From the human T2T-CHM13v2.0 reference genome, Homo sapiens: a stretch of 64,000 nt of DNA. How positions within the stretch are numbered: the stretch's first letter is position 1; every line of letters starts with the position of its first letter. The position numbers and the translations under genes were made by a program. Shown piece after piece: positions 1 to 13,450 of the stretch. The notes under the pieces were generated by a model. That model saw nothing but the letters and a program-made list of their open reading frames with translations. It was not told where the DNA came from and did no database searches. The stretch lies in assembly GCF_009914755.1 (NCBI RefSeq), contig NC_060925.1; one strand, written 5' to 3'.

Positions 1-1244
1 GTCATAGCTGTGATGGGGCCTACAACTCTCCCAGAGTCCAGGTGTAATTGTGGGGCAGTCCCCACAAGAATCACCTAAAGGTCTGAACCTCCTGACCACA
101 GAATCTTGTGTCTTAAACCTTTTAAGTTCTTGAACTGTGAAAGATCTGAGACCCACGGCTGCAGGTACCTGTTCACATTATACCTACATACACCACATAG
201 TTACGTTATATAATATATACATTAACTATATACGCTATAGCCAGACTTCCTTGAGCTCTTCATATGGCTCTTTGTGCAGGTCTGAGCATCTGGCAAGAAC
301 TGGGTAATCTAGGGAAGCAGCAGGGCTGTGTCCAGCTAGAGGGCAGCTCTAGAGCCCAAGACAGAGGGTTACGGGACAGAAATGTGGTATGAGATGATGG
401 TTGGAACTAACTGGTGGAACTAACAATGGTGAGACGGCACAGAGCAGCCAAGTGGCTGAGGCCTTGGAGGAGCTTTAATTAGTCTGGGCATCCGTCCCTC
501 CTGGTCTCTGCAGCTCTGCCTTGAGAGAAGGAGTTTTCAGTCAGATTCATGGGTCCCAGGTCAGCCTTTGAGTGGTAATATAAAAACACATTAAATGTCC
601 TTAGCTAAATGCTGTGGCACCAAAAGCAAGAGGTGGTAGGGCAGGGTGGGTAGGAAAGAAAGGAAGCCATCCAGAAACAGGAATTTATAAACTATGTTTG
701 AGCTGCAAGAATAAATGATTCCCGGAAGACCCTGAGGCCTTTCAACCTAAGCCAGAAGACCAGAAGGAAGAAACAGCCTAGGGAGTGGGTGGGAGGAGAA
801 TATGAAGCTGCTCTTGGATGGGCAGTTCTGAGGTGCTTGTGAGGTAGGTGTCTGGCAGTGTGGGCAACTGCTTAGGAGTCCCTTCATCATACTGATGGCT
901 GAGGCTGGGTAGTGGAGGACATTTCTGTAGGAAAACGACCAAGCTTTGAGGACTGCTCAAATTTAAGAGGCAGATGAAAGAAAAGGAGCCAATAAAGCTG
1001 ACCCAAAAATTATTAAAGAAATAAGAGGAAAGCCAGGAGACAGCCTAAAAAGAAAATAAGGTCTCTCACATTCAAATATAGAAACATATATAATAAACAG
1101 TAGTGCTGTTATAATCACAGTATTGGATCAGAATGAGCCCTGGAGATTATCCAGTAGGATGACATCTTGGGGCTAAACCCTTGGGGATAACTAATAGTCA
1201 TGGATATGCTTCTAAGAACTGAGATGCCACTGCCCTATTTGTCA

Positions 1245-1660
<416 letters not shown>

Positions 1661-1857
1661 TTAACTCACATTTTTTCTATTCATTTCTCAGAAGCCTGAA
1701 AGAGAACTGACCTCATTAGACCTCATTAACACTCAAAACCCTACTTATTCATAAAAATTTTGATCAAGACACTTTTTATCTTCAGCTAAAAGTACCTACT
1801 GGTGCTTAGAAAAACAGTAAATCATCTTAGAAAACAGTAGGGAATCAACAGTAGGGA

Positions 1858-2188
1858 GTCATACATGGAATGTATGTGTCCCTCCAAAGTTCTTATGGTG
1901 GAAATTAAACCCCAATATGATAGTCTTAAGAGGTGGAGTCTTTAGGAGGTCAACAATCATGAATAGGACTACTGGCCTTATAAAAGGCTGGGAGAAATTA
2001 GCCAGGCCATTTTGTCCTTCTGCCTTCCATCATGTAAGAATACAGCAAGAAGGTGCAAGCCATTACCAGTGGTAAGGTAAGTGATCTTGGACTTCCCCGG
2101 CTCCGGAATTATTAGGCAGAAATTTCTGTTGTTTGTCTGTTATCTAGTCTCAGGTATTTTGTTGCAGCAGAAGGAACAGACCAAGACA
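1858..2188 (+). mobile_element. MaLR LTR (MST/MLT1A-like)
   Basis: Typical MaLR start (aatgtatgtgtccctccaaa) and end (aaatttctgttgttt...gcagcag...accaagaca). Confidence 0.75.
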
Positions 2189-2331
2189 ACTAGAATAAAG
2201 CAGGTACCTGCATTTCCAGAAGGAATGTGGAAATCTGAAAAAGCAGAATGGCCTAAGTGCCAAATACTACATTTTGAAGACTGAGTCTAGGTCTACGAAT
2301 AAAGGTTAAGATGATTTATAAGGAATTTAAT

Positions 2332-2597
2332 GCACTTTGGGAGGCTGAGATGGGAGGATCACTTGAGGCCAGGAGTTTGAGCAACCTGGGCAACATAGGG
2401 AGACCCTGTCTCTATAAAAAAAATTTTTTTTTAATTAGCCAAGCATGGTGGTGCATGCCTGTGGCCCCAGCTGCTTGGGAGGCTAAGGTGGGAAGATCAC
2501 TTGTGCCCAGGAGGTTGAGTCTGCAGAGAGCTGTGACTGCACCACTGCACTGCAGCCTGGGTGACAGAGTGAGATCCTGTCTCAAAAAAAAAAAAAA
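2332..2597 (+). mobile_element. 5'-truncated AluJ
   Basis: Alu sequence from gcactttggg; AATTTAATG repeated on both flanks. Confidence 0.92.
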
Positions 2598-3643
2598 TTT
2601 AATGAACTGTTTACCTCTTGCCTCTATCCCACTCCCCGCCACCCCTCGAAAAACACCAAACTACCAGTTTAGATCAGACTAGCTTTAGAGAAACGTAATA
2701 TACTTAAAATTCTAAAAACGGAGTATCTCCATCATTATGCCTTCTTCCCCCTACAAGCTGTAGGACATAGTTCTGTTGAACAGTTTATGTAACTTATTTC
2801 TATTACTTTAGATTTCTGGCTCATTTTCCCAACCCCAGTGCTAACAGAAAGACTTCATGCCATAAATATGTATTTTATCCTAGCAGTTTACATCTTACTG
2901 TGCATAGACTGTCTCTAGAAAATGAATAGCCATGATTATACGATAATAATTTTCTGAAGAAAAATTGTAATAATTTTGAAATGTGTCCTTCAAACTAACC
3001 CAGTCTGGGAATGCTGACTTCAAGGACGCTTTCAATGACACCTAGAGATTTAAAAATTTGGGGTCTTGAGAAAAATATATTATTTCTGGCAAAAATATAT
3101 ATTACAAACTCAGAATAAAATACAGCATTCATCTATATGAAAAACAAGCTTGTTTTTTGTTTGGCAGTTAGTCAATGTCACAATAAAATCATTGTCATGT
3201 ATGACATAAAGGCCTTACTTTCAAGTGAATTTTTAGGTCTTGGTTGCTGTACAAACTATGAAAAGTTAATATTCTCATTATTTGTTAAGAGGCCCTGAAA
3301 GTATACTTTCAGCTCTGAGGACTTAATGACTACTTATACCCAGGGTCATAGTTAGTAATTTCAATCTTTGAGACTCCCATGCCAAGCCCTAACTCTGATT
3401 CTTTTAATTAAATCTTCAAAGTTTCTGCCTTTCTGTTACTAAACAAAAGCTTTTCTCAACTTCTGGTTTTATAAAAATTTGTTGACAATATTTTTAAAAA
3501 ATTAAAAATAATTTTGTATGTGTCATTTCCAAGCAGAAATGTTCACCCTTCTCCACTTGAATGTCAGTTTCTATTATGTACATTGCCACCATTTTTCCAG
3601 TCTGTTCTTTTTCCCAAGTAAATAATGCACACACTTGATTTAC

Positions 3644-3811
3644 CTGGTTTACTGCGAAGATTAACTGATCATACACGTCACTTTGTGTGTACACTGCATA
3701 TGTGTCATCCATTCGGTCCATATATCCTTTTAGGAAAAGGTGTTTGAATGCTATAGTATTCTCTTCCTTGAAAGCTACCACCATCTGGTTACTTAGCCCA
3801 AATAAGACCAG
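3644..3811 (-). CDS. MCOLN3: MCOLN3 exon 3 (codons 77-132, LVLFGLSNQMVVAFKEEN...IFAVNQ): end of TM1 and start of the extracytosolic domain
   Basis: Acceptor ttttctttttttttcttttaag|CTG, donor CAG|GTAAAT; 168 nt, phase 0-0; continues the exon 2 frame; mucolipin motif FKEENTIAFKHLFLKGY. Confidence 0.97.
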
Positions 3812-4221
3812 CTTAAAAGAAAAAAAAGAAAAGGTAAGAGGGTGGAAAATGTGGGCAGAAAAAGCAGAGCAGAAGGTACAGGGGCTTGAACAACAAATAG
3901 AAGAGTTTAAAATGAATTCTCTGGGACATCAAGAAGGTTTTGCAGCAGGTGGATAATAAATTAAGAAAGTCCAAGTCCTATGACCAAACTATATTCCTAG
4001 GTCTAATCACCAAAACCATGACAGTAAGACCAAAAATAGAAAATACCCTTTCAACTCATGTTTAAATTAAAGTATATTAACATAATGTGTCCTTAATAGT
4101 CACGCAGGATTGACCTCAGCATTTTACGTGAAACTCAGTTGTTGACACACACAAAAGGTTTCACTGCACTGTTGTCATATTAACCTAAGGCCTTTCAATT
4201 ATACCTAAAAGCTTACTATAC

Positions 4222-4525
<304 letters not shown>

Positions 4526-4578
4526 GCTTACCATACTCTTAAGTCTCTCTTTTGTCTTCTCTTCCCTCTCATCCAAAC

Positions 4579-4645
4579 CTCTCTCTCTCTCTCACACACA
4601 CAAATGCACACACAGCACACACAGGCACACACACACACACACACC
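4579..4645. repeat. (CT)n(CA)n compound microsatellite
   Basis: Read directly. Confidence 0.9.
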
Positions 4646-5880
4646 ACATGCTGTACATGCTGTAAATTGAGAAACTACACCCTTACTTAAATCCCAGAGT
4701 GAGGCAGAGTATATTTTATATGGAAGGCGGGAACAATGTTGAGCACCTATGTGCCATACACTATTCCAGGAACTTTCCTCATACTAATCCTGCGGTGTAT
4801 TCCTAATACACCAATTTTAGAGATGAGGCTCAGAGAAGTTACATAGTTTTTTCAAGTCACATCACTAGCCAGTGTTGATACAGTGAAAACTGAAACCCAT
4901 GTCTGACACACTAAATCTAGGTTCTATCCACCCTGTCATGCTACACAAAGTAATCCAGGGTTTGATCAGAAAAAATACAGCAGACAAATCTTTTCCCCTC
5001 TCCCTTCCACATATGATATATGGTCTGCACCCCACACATATCATCACTCTGCACCTAACTCTCATTTCTGCAGAGCTTCTTTAATTGTCCTCAATAAGAT
5101 GACATCTTGATATTCTAGGGATTTTGCATCTGTTGAAGCTGATGACCAAACAGCCCCAAAGAATTCCCAAAGATATTCTTACCAGTCATTCAAATACATG
5201 AGTACCTCTCCTGTGTCAGCAGTGAGCTAGGGACTGAGGATACAATGAGAAGACAATTGGTCCCTGCCCTCAAAGGTTTAGTGGCAGACAGGAATAACAA
5301 TGGCTGAGAGAAAACTGCTGTAATTCAGAGAGTAAGCCAGGTAGTGGGAAAAGAGAAATTTTTAGTAGGGTGTCTATCATTGTAAACATCTTTCTTTTGC
5401 TGCTGCAGACACAAAATCTCCAGTTTAACAGAAGGACCACCTCATTTTCCCTGAGATAATCTGTCACCATTTGCTCACTTCATTTGCTCAATTACAAAGC
5501 TGTCTTTATCTAATATTTGTTTGATTGCTCTGATATAAATTAAGGAAACATCACAATTAAGAAACCCTCAGTTCCTTTTAAAAACTTACCTAAACACCTT
5601 TTACATGCTTATTACTAGCAGCCTTAATATCTTAAACCATTGTTCAGTTTTCCCTTGACCACCTTAGTAAACATAGGAAGGTAGATGAGCTCCCTAAAAA
5701 TTAAGAAGTAATTACGAACATAAATCTTAGAGAAAATAAATCTGAGTTTGAATATCAGTTCTACTCTTCTAGTTTCCTGACTATGACAGGGTCCTTTTCC
5801 TTACCAAGACCCTCATTGTTCTCCTCTGTGAAATGAGGATACCACTACCTACCCTCCAACTTGTTTTAAGAATTGAGTAT

Positions 5881-6207
<327 letters not shown>

Positions 6208-6467
6208 TTAGCCTGGTATACAGCAAACACTCAAGTGGTACCTATTATTATTCTAAGTAGAAAATATTCATGTTCAATTGATACAGGCTTTTCTCCTTTA
6301 TAAGAAACTAAACTTTTCACTATTGAGACACACCATATTATCACTCAGAAGTTAAGAATTTCAATTTCAACTTGCCAAGTATTTGGCTGAGAACTGAACA
6401 TCCATTTTCAGGGTAATATAATAGAGAGAATGCCTGCCTTCAAAGTCTTGATATTGCCACTGACTAG

Positions 6468-6737
<270 letters not shown>

Positions 6738-7767
6738 TAAAATGAGCCAGTAAGAATGTTAGAATTAAATGAAATAATGTACTGGAACAGGGTAGTCACT
6801 AAATGTTTGTTTCCCTTGATACAACACCTAGCATTAGAAACAAGCAAGAATTCTACCAACTTCATATGATTGTAAAAATTGCCTTGGTTCCCTAACAATC
6901 ATAAGTGTTTGTTCTCAATAAGCAGTTAAAATTAGTAATATCCTGTTTTTTTTAATCTCTCCTTCAATACCAATTGTTTATTTACTTAGGCATTTTTCAC
7001 CAACTTAGGAAGAGTAAGTAATAATAAAAATAAACCTATCACATCTATTTTTCTCACTAAAATCTGCTTCTATTTTGCCCTTTGCTTTTAGCAAGAGATA
7101 ATTTGACCAACAGGAAAACATATTTTCATAAGAATAAATCACAACCAGTATATATTAAGAATCACAAAATATGGTTCCCCCTTTCCCCCAAAAAAATATT
7201 AAAAGCAGCCAAGGAAATGTGATTTAAAAGCTCCCTTTGAACTAAAAAGAGGTCCTGTGTTTCACTAGCTCCTGCCACTCCTCTTCTGTTAGTTAACTTC
7301 ACATTCTTCCATTGCATGGTTCTCATGATCACAGGGTTGTGAGAATCTAAGAATTTGCCTGTAGCAGGAACCCTTTAAGTTTCTGAAGAGAGAAATTCCC
7401 AGGAAACTAACTAGGAAGGAAAAGAAAGTCCTAATGTTGGACAACACTAGTTTCCATGGCTTATTTAGAAACCAGCTGAACCTCTTCATTGGAAGCCAAA
7501 TATTAGTTTTCTTTTCCTGAAAATTAATTAGATTATGTGACTAAAATTATAACTTAGCGAACGATACAAGAAAAAAACTAAGAAAAAAGAAGACAAACTC
7601 TTTCACAAATGTTGAAGACAGAAGGGTCTAAGATTGTATGTTTTCTTATCTGTTACTCTTCAACATTTTGCATATAGTTAAAAGTTATTTAAAAAAAAAA
7701 CCACTGTCCATAGTTATCTTTGTAATTAAAAGAGGCTTTCACCAAACTCATGATCTGAGATGCTTAC

Positions 7768-7995
7768 CTGGATAGTCACCATTGCAATTTTTAGAATTTG
7801 TATGGCAAGTTTCCATGGTTTTCTACCTCGAGCCCAGAACTTCTCACAGGGATTCATGAAAAAAAATTTGAGTTTTCGCCTCATCTGGTCTTCTAATAGA
7901 AGCTCCTCAGATGGAGATGTTTGCTGGTTAAAATTGCAGCGATTTTCCTCTTCATGAGAGCTGCAGCTACTCACAACTACCTCAGGATCTGCCAT
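7768..7995 (-). CDS. MCOLN3: MCOLN3 exon 2, first coding exon (MADPEVVVSS...KIAMVTIQ, 76 codons); the exon begins at 7997 with 2 UTR nt
   Basis: Acceptor ttttttcctctag|AG ATG G, donor CAG|GTAAGC; 228 nt; mucolipin N-terminal motif LKFFFMNPCEKFWARGRKPWKL. Confidence 0.97.
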
Positions 7996-10429
7996 CTCTA
8001 GAGGAAAAAAACAACAACAACAACAACCAACATTTCCATTTAGTGAGTAAAGACACAAGTCCATATTCTTTAATATTGCAAGGAGAAGCCCATACAGAAG
8101 TCCTGGTTTCAAATAAGCACCATTGCTCTAAACTGCATTTTAGATGTTTACAGAATCAGTTCCAATGTAGGACGTCACTTTTTTATTTGTTTTAATTACA
8201 AAGTGAATTTTCACCTAGTTCAAAGTTACCAAATTCAAGGGCTGCTCCCATTAGTAAAAGATTATATGTACATATATATAGGATGTATATGTTTTCTGCC
8301 TCACTCAGTATAGTTAGAGGATCAGAGACCTGAGGACCTGGGGGAAGGACTTCAGAGGGTAGGTGGGCCTTGAAGTTATATGAAAACTTTCATATATGTG
8401 GCTGTGGACACTTTTTCCTGGGAGGTAACTAAAACTTTCACAGATTATCAAAAAATGTTTAAAACCACCGAGTTAAAGATAGCAGGGTGTAGTGTAAAGA
8501 ACAAGATTCAGTTTGGTTTCTAATCCTGGTTCCATGACTTGACGTTTCTGCAATCTCAGGGAAATCACTTAGCCCTTCTGAGCCTCAGTTTCCTCTCCAG
8601 CAAAATGGGAATAACTACACCTACCCTTCTATGATTGTAGCCAGAATTAAATAGTTATGAGTGTAGAGAGCATTAAATAAAACAGTAAACAAAGCCTTTG
8701 CATAGGGTCTAGCGCTAAGCAGACTCACCTACCTAACACCCACAGCAGACAGGGTGGCTTCCTAGAAAGCCAGTAAGGTTCTTAAGGGGCAGTATGAGCC
8801 TCAGGAAACATAACTGTTGTACAAAGGGGAAAATGGGCCCTCAATTTAAGCCTAATTCCCAGTCTGTGGCATCGCTTGTAATGACTTTTTATTGAAGGCC
8901 TTATATTTATAGCATATTTTCAAAGTACTTCATATCTATTTGGGGGGGGGCAGGTACGTTTGAAAAGGGTTGGGTCGGGCTGGTTTTATTGTCTTCAGAA
9001 TCAGTTTTTTCAAAGTGACGGAGAAGTCACTCTAGAGACTGGGATGGATCTTGGATTTTCCCTCAGACTAAGATTGATATTATACTATGGAAACCTGTTC
9101 AAAGTAAAATACCCCAAACAATGAGTAGCGTCCTTCCATACGGAATAGAAAGGCAGGCTTTATTTGACATTTTAATAATAACTTGTACTCAGCAATGAAG
9201 AAGGAAAATTGTAACCTGCATTCATACAATATCTTACAAGTCACTGGTTAGATACCATGCTGCTTTCCAAGTCTAGAACCCCACTTTTGATTCCAATTCA
9301 AGCATTCTTAGGAAGCCCAACATCTCCGAACAATAGATACTGGCTATAAAGAATAGCATGGGGAAGGTTCTTAAACTCTTGTTAATGAAAAGATTAATAA
9401 GGATACTGCTGGATGAATAAACCATAAAACATATTTACTGTATGGCAAATGCAGTACCTTCAAAATGAAATAATTATTATATAACTCATTAAAGTGTGGC
9501 TCCTGTGTGCGTGTTAAAATGCCTGTCAAAGCATAAATGCAGTAATTCTTAGGTAAAGGCATAAAGGAAAGAAAAAGTTATTAATAAATTAGGATTTTCA
9601 CTTAACAGTTTTACTTCCTTCAAAAAGGCAGGATATTTTAACCAGCATTTAAGGAGACTTTATCTATAGGACTTAAAACGCAGATGATTTCATGTTGACC
9701 AAAGCTCGCATATGAACACCAACATAATGATGAAGCTGTTAATAAGCATGTTGGTGAGTTGTATATTGACACTAAGCGCTTTCCACTTTGATACAGGGAA
9801 AATTAAATTTTAAACAAACTAGCCACACACCATGTACAGTAATCCACAGGAACAAAGAGAAAACAAGCCAACCAGCATATATTCAGCACATCACAACGAG
9901 TTGTCCCGGTAGACATTTCATTCACCAGGACCAGATGCTGACCTTGGAAAAGTCAGGTTTACCCAGTCTGAAAAGCCCTTCCGAGGGTGCACTTTTAAAA
10001 ACTGCAAACTGTCGGGAACCCCAGCAGCTGAAGGAGGTATTCGCAGCCAGCCACCCTTGACATTCACCCGGAGCGCCGGCGCGGGAGGCAGGGTGGGCGA
10101 AGGACCCCATCAGGAGAGGCTACCCGACGAAGGGGCCATCCGGAGAGGCTACCGAAGTATCTATCAGGCATGCTCTTAGAAGGAGCAAACGGACACACAC
10201 AGGTTACCTGTTCCTGGCGGGCAGAGGCTTGATTGGAGTAAGCTGTAGAAAATTGGAGAAAGCCCGGGAGTGTATAAATAGCAAAGGCCTCCCAGTTGGC
10301 GACAAAGTTATGCAACCTCGTTTTTTCAGAAGCGCTTTCCCACTTCACCAGACACAAAACTTTAGTCTCTCCAGTCTTCTTTTTTTTTCAAACAAACAAA
10401 CAACAAGGGTTGACACTTTTGTTGGGTAG

Positions 10430-11520
10430 TGTGTGCGAGAAAGATCTGCAGGGTTGCAGCGATGTCCCAGAGCGGTCGCTGCCATCCCCGGGCACTGCCG
10501 TGGAGCTCAGACGGCCGCAGCCCGGCTGGCGGCTGCTTTCAGCCAGCGCAGCGACCCGGGCCTGAGCCCCCACTTCCAGCCGCCCCCACCTCTAACAGGG
10601 GGACAGTCCGCCTTGAAAGGGGCCAGCCGAGCCGCGTCAAGGCCATCTGGAGCCCCGGCCGGCATCCAAGCCTTCCAGCCCAGGGGCTCCGGGCGGGGGT
10701 GGCTTCCAGCCCTCTGAGCCCTGGCCACAGGTGGGCGGCGGCCTGGAGGGGGACCGAGGAGCAGAGCACCCCCACCCGCCCAGCCCCGGGCAGGCCCGGC
10801 AGGCGCGCTCCTCCACTGACCTGCGGGCGGCTTGGGGGCGGCGCGGAACAGCTGCATCTCGCGCCCAGCTCCAGCCCGCCTGCCCTCCATGGCGCCGACT
10901 GCCCGGCCCGGCCTTCCCGCGGCGTCCCCGACAGCTCGCTGCCTCCCGGCCTCCCCGGCCCTCCCTGTGCGCCGCGGGCGCCGTTCCCGCGACACCCGAC
11001 GCCCCGGGGCAGCGCCCCGCGGGCTCACCTGGGGGACAGCGGGGAGCGGCCGCAGCTCCGGTGTCCGCGGCGAGGGCGCAGGGCGAGTCAGCGAGCGACT
11101 CCAGCAGCCTCGAGCCCCGCTCCGCCCAGAGTCAGACGGGAGGAGAGCGCCCCGTCCGCCGCCCGCGCATCCTCCCGCCCCCGCCGCTTTAACTCGTGAC
11201 CCTACTCCCGGCTCGGGTTCCCGCCGCGCCCCGTCGGGGGCCGCTTTTCAGGAGCACAGGTGGGACGCAGGAGGCCGTCCGGAGGAAGCCGGCGTTGTGC
11301 CCGTTCCCTGCCACCCCCACCCTATCACTCCCTTCATTTTCTCCCTGAGCAACCCGCACCGCCCTGCTCGGGTTTGCCAGGTTTGCTCCGGAGCTGCCGC
11401 CGGCGCCGGGGGGCCACCCCCTCCTGGCCAAGGCCCCTCAGGTGGTTGCCGGGCTCCGCGGGTGCGGGATCTATAGCGCCTAGCTCCGGTGAGTGTGAGG
11501 CCCCGCTGCAGCCTCCCATT
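10430..11520. promoter_or_regulatory. CpG island / MCOLN3 promoter with GC boxes (CCCGCCCCCGCC near 11174-11185)
   Basis: Very high GC and CpG density relative to flanks; surrounds exon 1. Confidence 0.9.
11029..11150 (-). other. MCOLN3: MCOLN3 non-coding exon 1 (5' end approximate)
   Basis: Donor CCCCAG|GTGAGC at 11029/11028 inside the CpG island; no ATG in the interval; the TSS cannot be fixed from sequence. Confidence 0.8.
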
Positions 11521-12430
11521 CTGATTTTTGCATACAAGGTGAAATCTTGAATGTCTTAGCGTTTCAAGCCTGAACCTTGTTCCCTCCCTGGGTCTTCTAG
11601 TTTCAGACAAGTGCTGTGAAATGAGTGGACAGTCGACTAGACTCTTCTGTAGATTGGCGGCTGGGGCAGAAAGAGCCCTGGGAAACTTTTCCAAGAAATG
11701 TAAATAGAAATACCTGAAGTAGACTTTGAACCGTAATCTTTTTCTTCATAAATTATCTGTAAATATTAAACCTAATACCCCTTATCAGGATTGGATCAGG
11801 AACTTTGGTTAATTTTAATTATAATTACTTTGGATGTGTTCTGATTTTTAATTTTTACTTATTTTTTTTTTTTTGGCCACGGGTAAATTTGTAAAGGTCA
11901 CTGAATTTCCCTACTAGGGTATTCCTGAAATTAGATCGATACCTAGCAAACCTTTTATAAAACCTGTTTTCAAATCCTAAACCAGTATGCATGGATTACT
12001 AATAAATTTTTGCAACAGGGTACAAGAATTTTATGCTGTTCCTCAACCTGGATCCCACATACTGTGAACAAGGTAGATACCCAGAAAGGATATAATTGGC
12101 ACAGTCAATTCTCAAGTGCAATTTGGAAAATATAATGTAATCTTTAATCCCCATATGCCTACACACGATGTAACGCTATCTCCTTACTTGATGGTAAGAG
12201 TTTGAAATGCTTGATTGTTCAGGAACAATCTGAACTTTGAAGAGGTTCACAGTCATAAATGATGGCACTTGCTTAACCCTCGTTTTAGCTGAGTTATAAG
12301 GACCGGTGAATAGATAAAGCCAGGTTTTGGAGTCAGACAGATGAGGGCCCAAATTCCCTTCTGTGCCACTTATTGGTCTCTAGGGAGTTACTTACCTTCT
12401 CTGAACCCCTTTTCTTTTTTATGTGCAATC

Positions 12431-12918
12431 TGTGAAGTTAGCCGAGAGAAAGGACGAGAGAGAGAGAGAGAGAGAGAGACCGAGAGAGACCGAGACCCAA
12501 GTTCAGGCAAGCCTTTATTCAACCTGCCGGCTGCTCCATTACAGACAGAGGAGGCAGCCCTGAGCTTACAAAATGAGGGTTTTATGTGGGGGAGAGAGAC
12601 CCTGGAGTTGTTTGTTGGTTAACTCTGCCACATATCACCTTGTGACGTTTATGGTACCGGAGGGTGTAGGTAAAGTTTGTTTATACTTCCCACGACCTCC
12701 CACTGTGCAGTCCGGATGGTTTGTAATTGGGTTTGCTTTATAGCAGCAAGACCTGATAGGTAAAAGTCTCCTGGCTTCACCGCGGTGCCTAGATAGGGGC
12801 TTAGAAATGTAAAAAGGTTTGGGGGAAGAGGAGGGGTGGTACGGAGAGGTTTGCGGGGGTGGGGGGCGGGGGTGTTGGCAGTACCAAGAAGCTTTTTTGG
12901 GGTAGCTTGTCCCTAACA
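12431..12918 (-). mobile_element. Solo endogenous retrovirus LTR (ERVL-class likely; family not assigned) inserted into a MIR
   Basis: TGT...ACA termini, perfect 5-bp TSD CAATC (12426-12430, 12919-12923), AATAAA on the minus strand near 12513-12518, internal (GA)n. Confidence 0.85.
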
Positions 12919-13029
12919 CAATCTAGCTAATAAAAGGAATGGTGATTTTTAATTAATATGATACATGTAAAGCACCCATTACTATATGAGGCATATGTGA
13001 TGTGCTTATAAATGCTGATTCCCCCTTTT

Positions 13030-13450
13030 ATTTGGAAAACTTAATGAAAATATCAACCATGTTCATAAATTACAAGACTCAGTATTATTAAGATGTCAGT
13101 TTTCACCAAGTTCATTTACAGATTCAACCCAATCTCAATGAAAATTCTAGCAAACTGTTTTGTAGAAATTGACAACCTGATTCTAAAATTCCTATGGAAG
13201 CAAATGCAAAGAATCCAGAATAACCAAAGCAATTTTTTAAAAGAAAGATAAAACTGGAGGATTTATCCTACCTATATCTATAAAGCTATTTAAGCTAAAC
13301 AACTTGGTACTGGTGAAGACAGACATATAGACTACACATAGGCAATGGAACAAAATAGAATCCAGAAATAGATTCACACATATATGGTCAATTGATTTCT
13401 GACAAAGATGTTAAAACAATGTAAAGGGGAATATTAAACCTTAACAATCA
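13030..13450 (+). mobile_element. Old L1M ORF2 fragment
   Basis: Degenerate similarity to L1 ORF2 3' region (compare 62100-62500). Confidence 0.8.

Noticed and set aside
3494-3643. Open frame continuing past the MCOLN3 exon 3 donor, with a near-duplicate GTAAACCAG/GTAAATCAA
   Set aside because: Intron read-through with no sign of coding constraint; the 9-nt similarity is too short to interpret
11191-11201. CLEAR/TFEB-like element (GTCACGAG on the minus strand)
   Set aside because: Not a true CACGTG E-box; a single imperfect match
10429-11694. Several long overlapping ORFs (256, 214, 173, 153, 148 aa) on both strands
   Set aside because: Stop-codon depletion in a very GC-rich CpG island; Pro/Arg/Gly/Ala-rich with no domain; mostly non-ATG starts. 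Only the 10890-10821 part was kept, because of its Kozak context, donor and frame.
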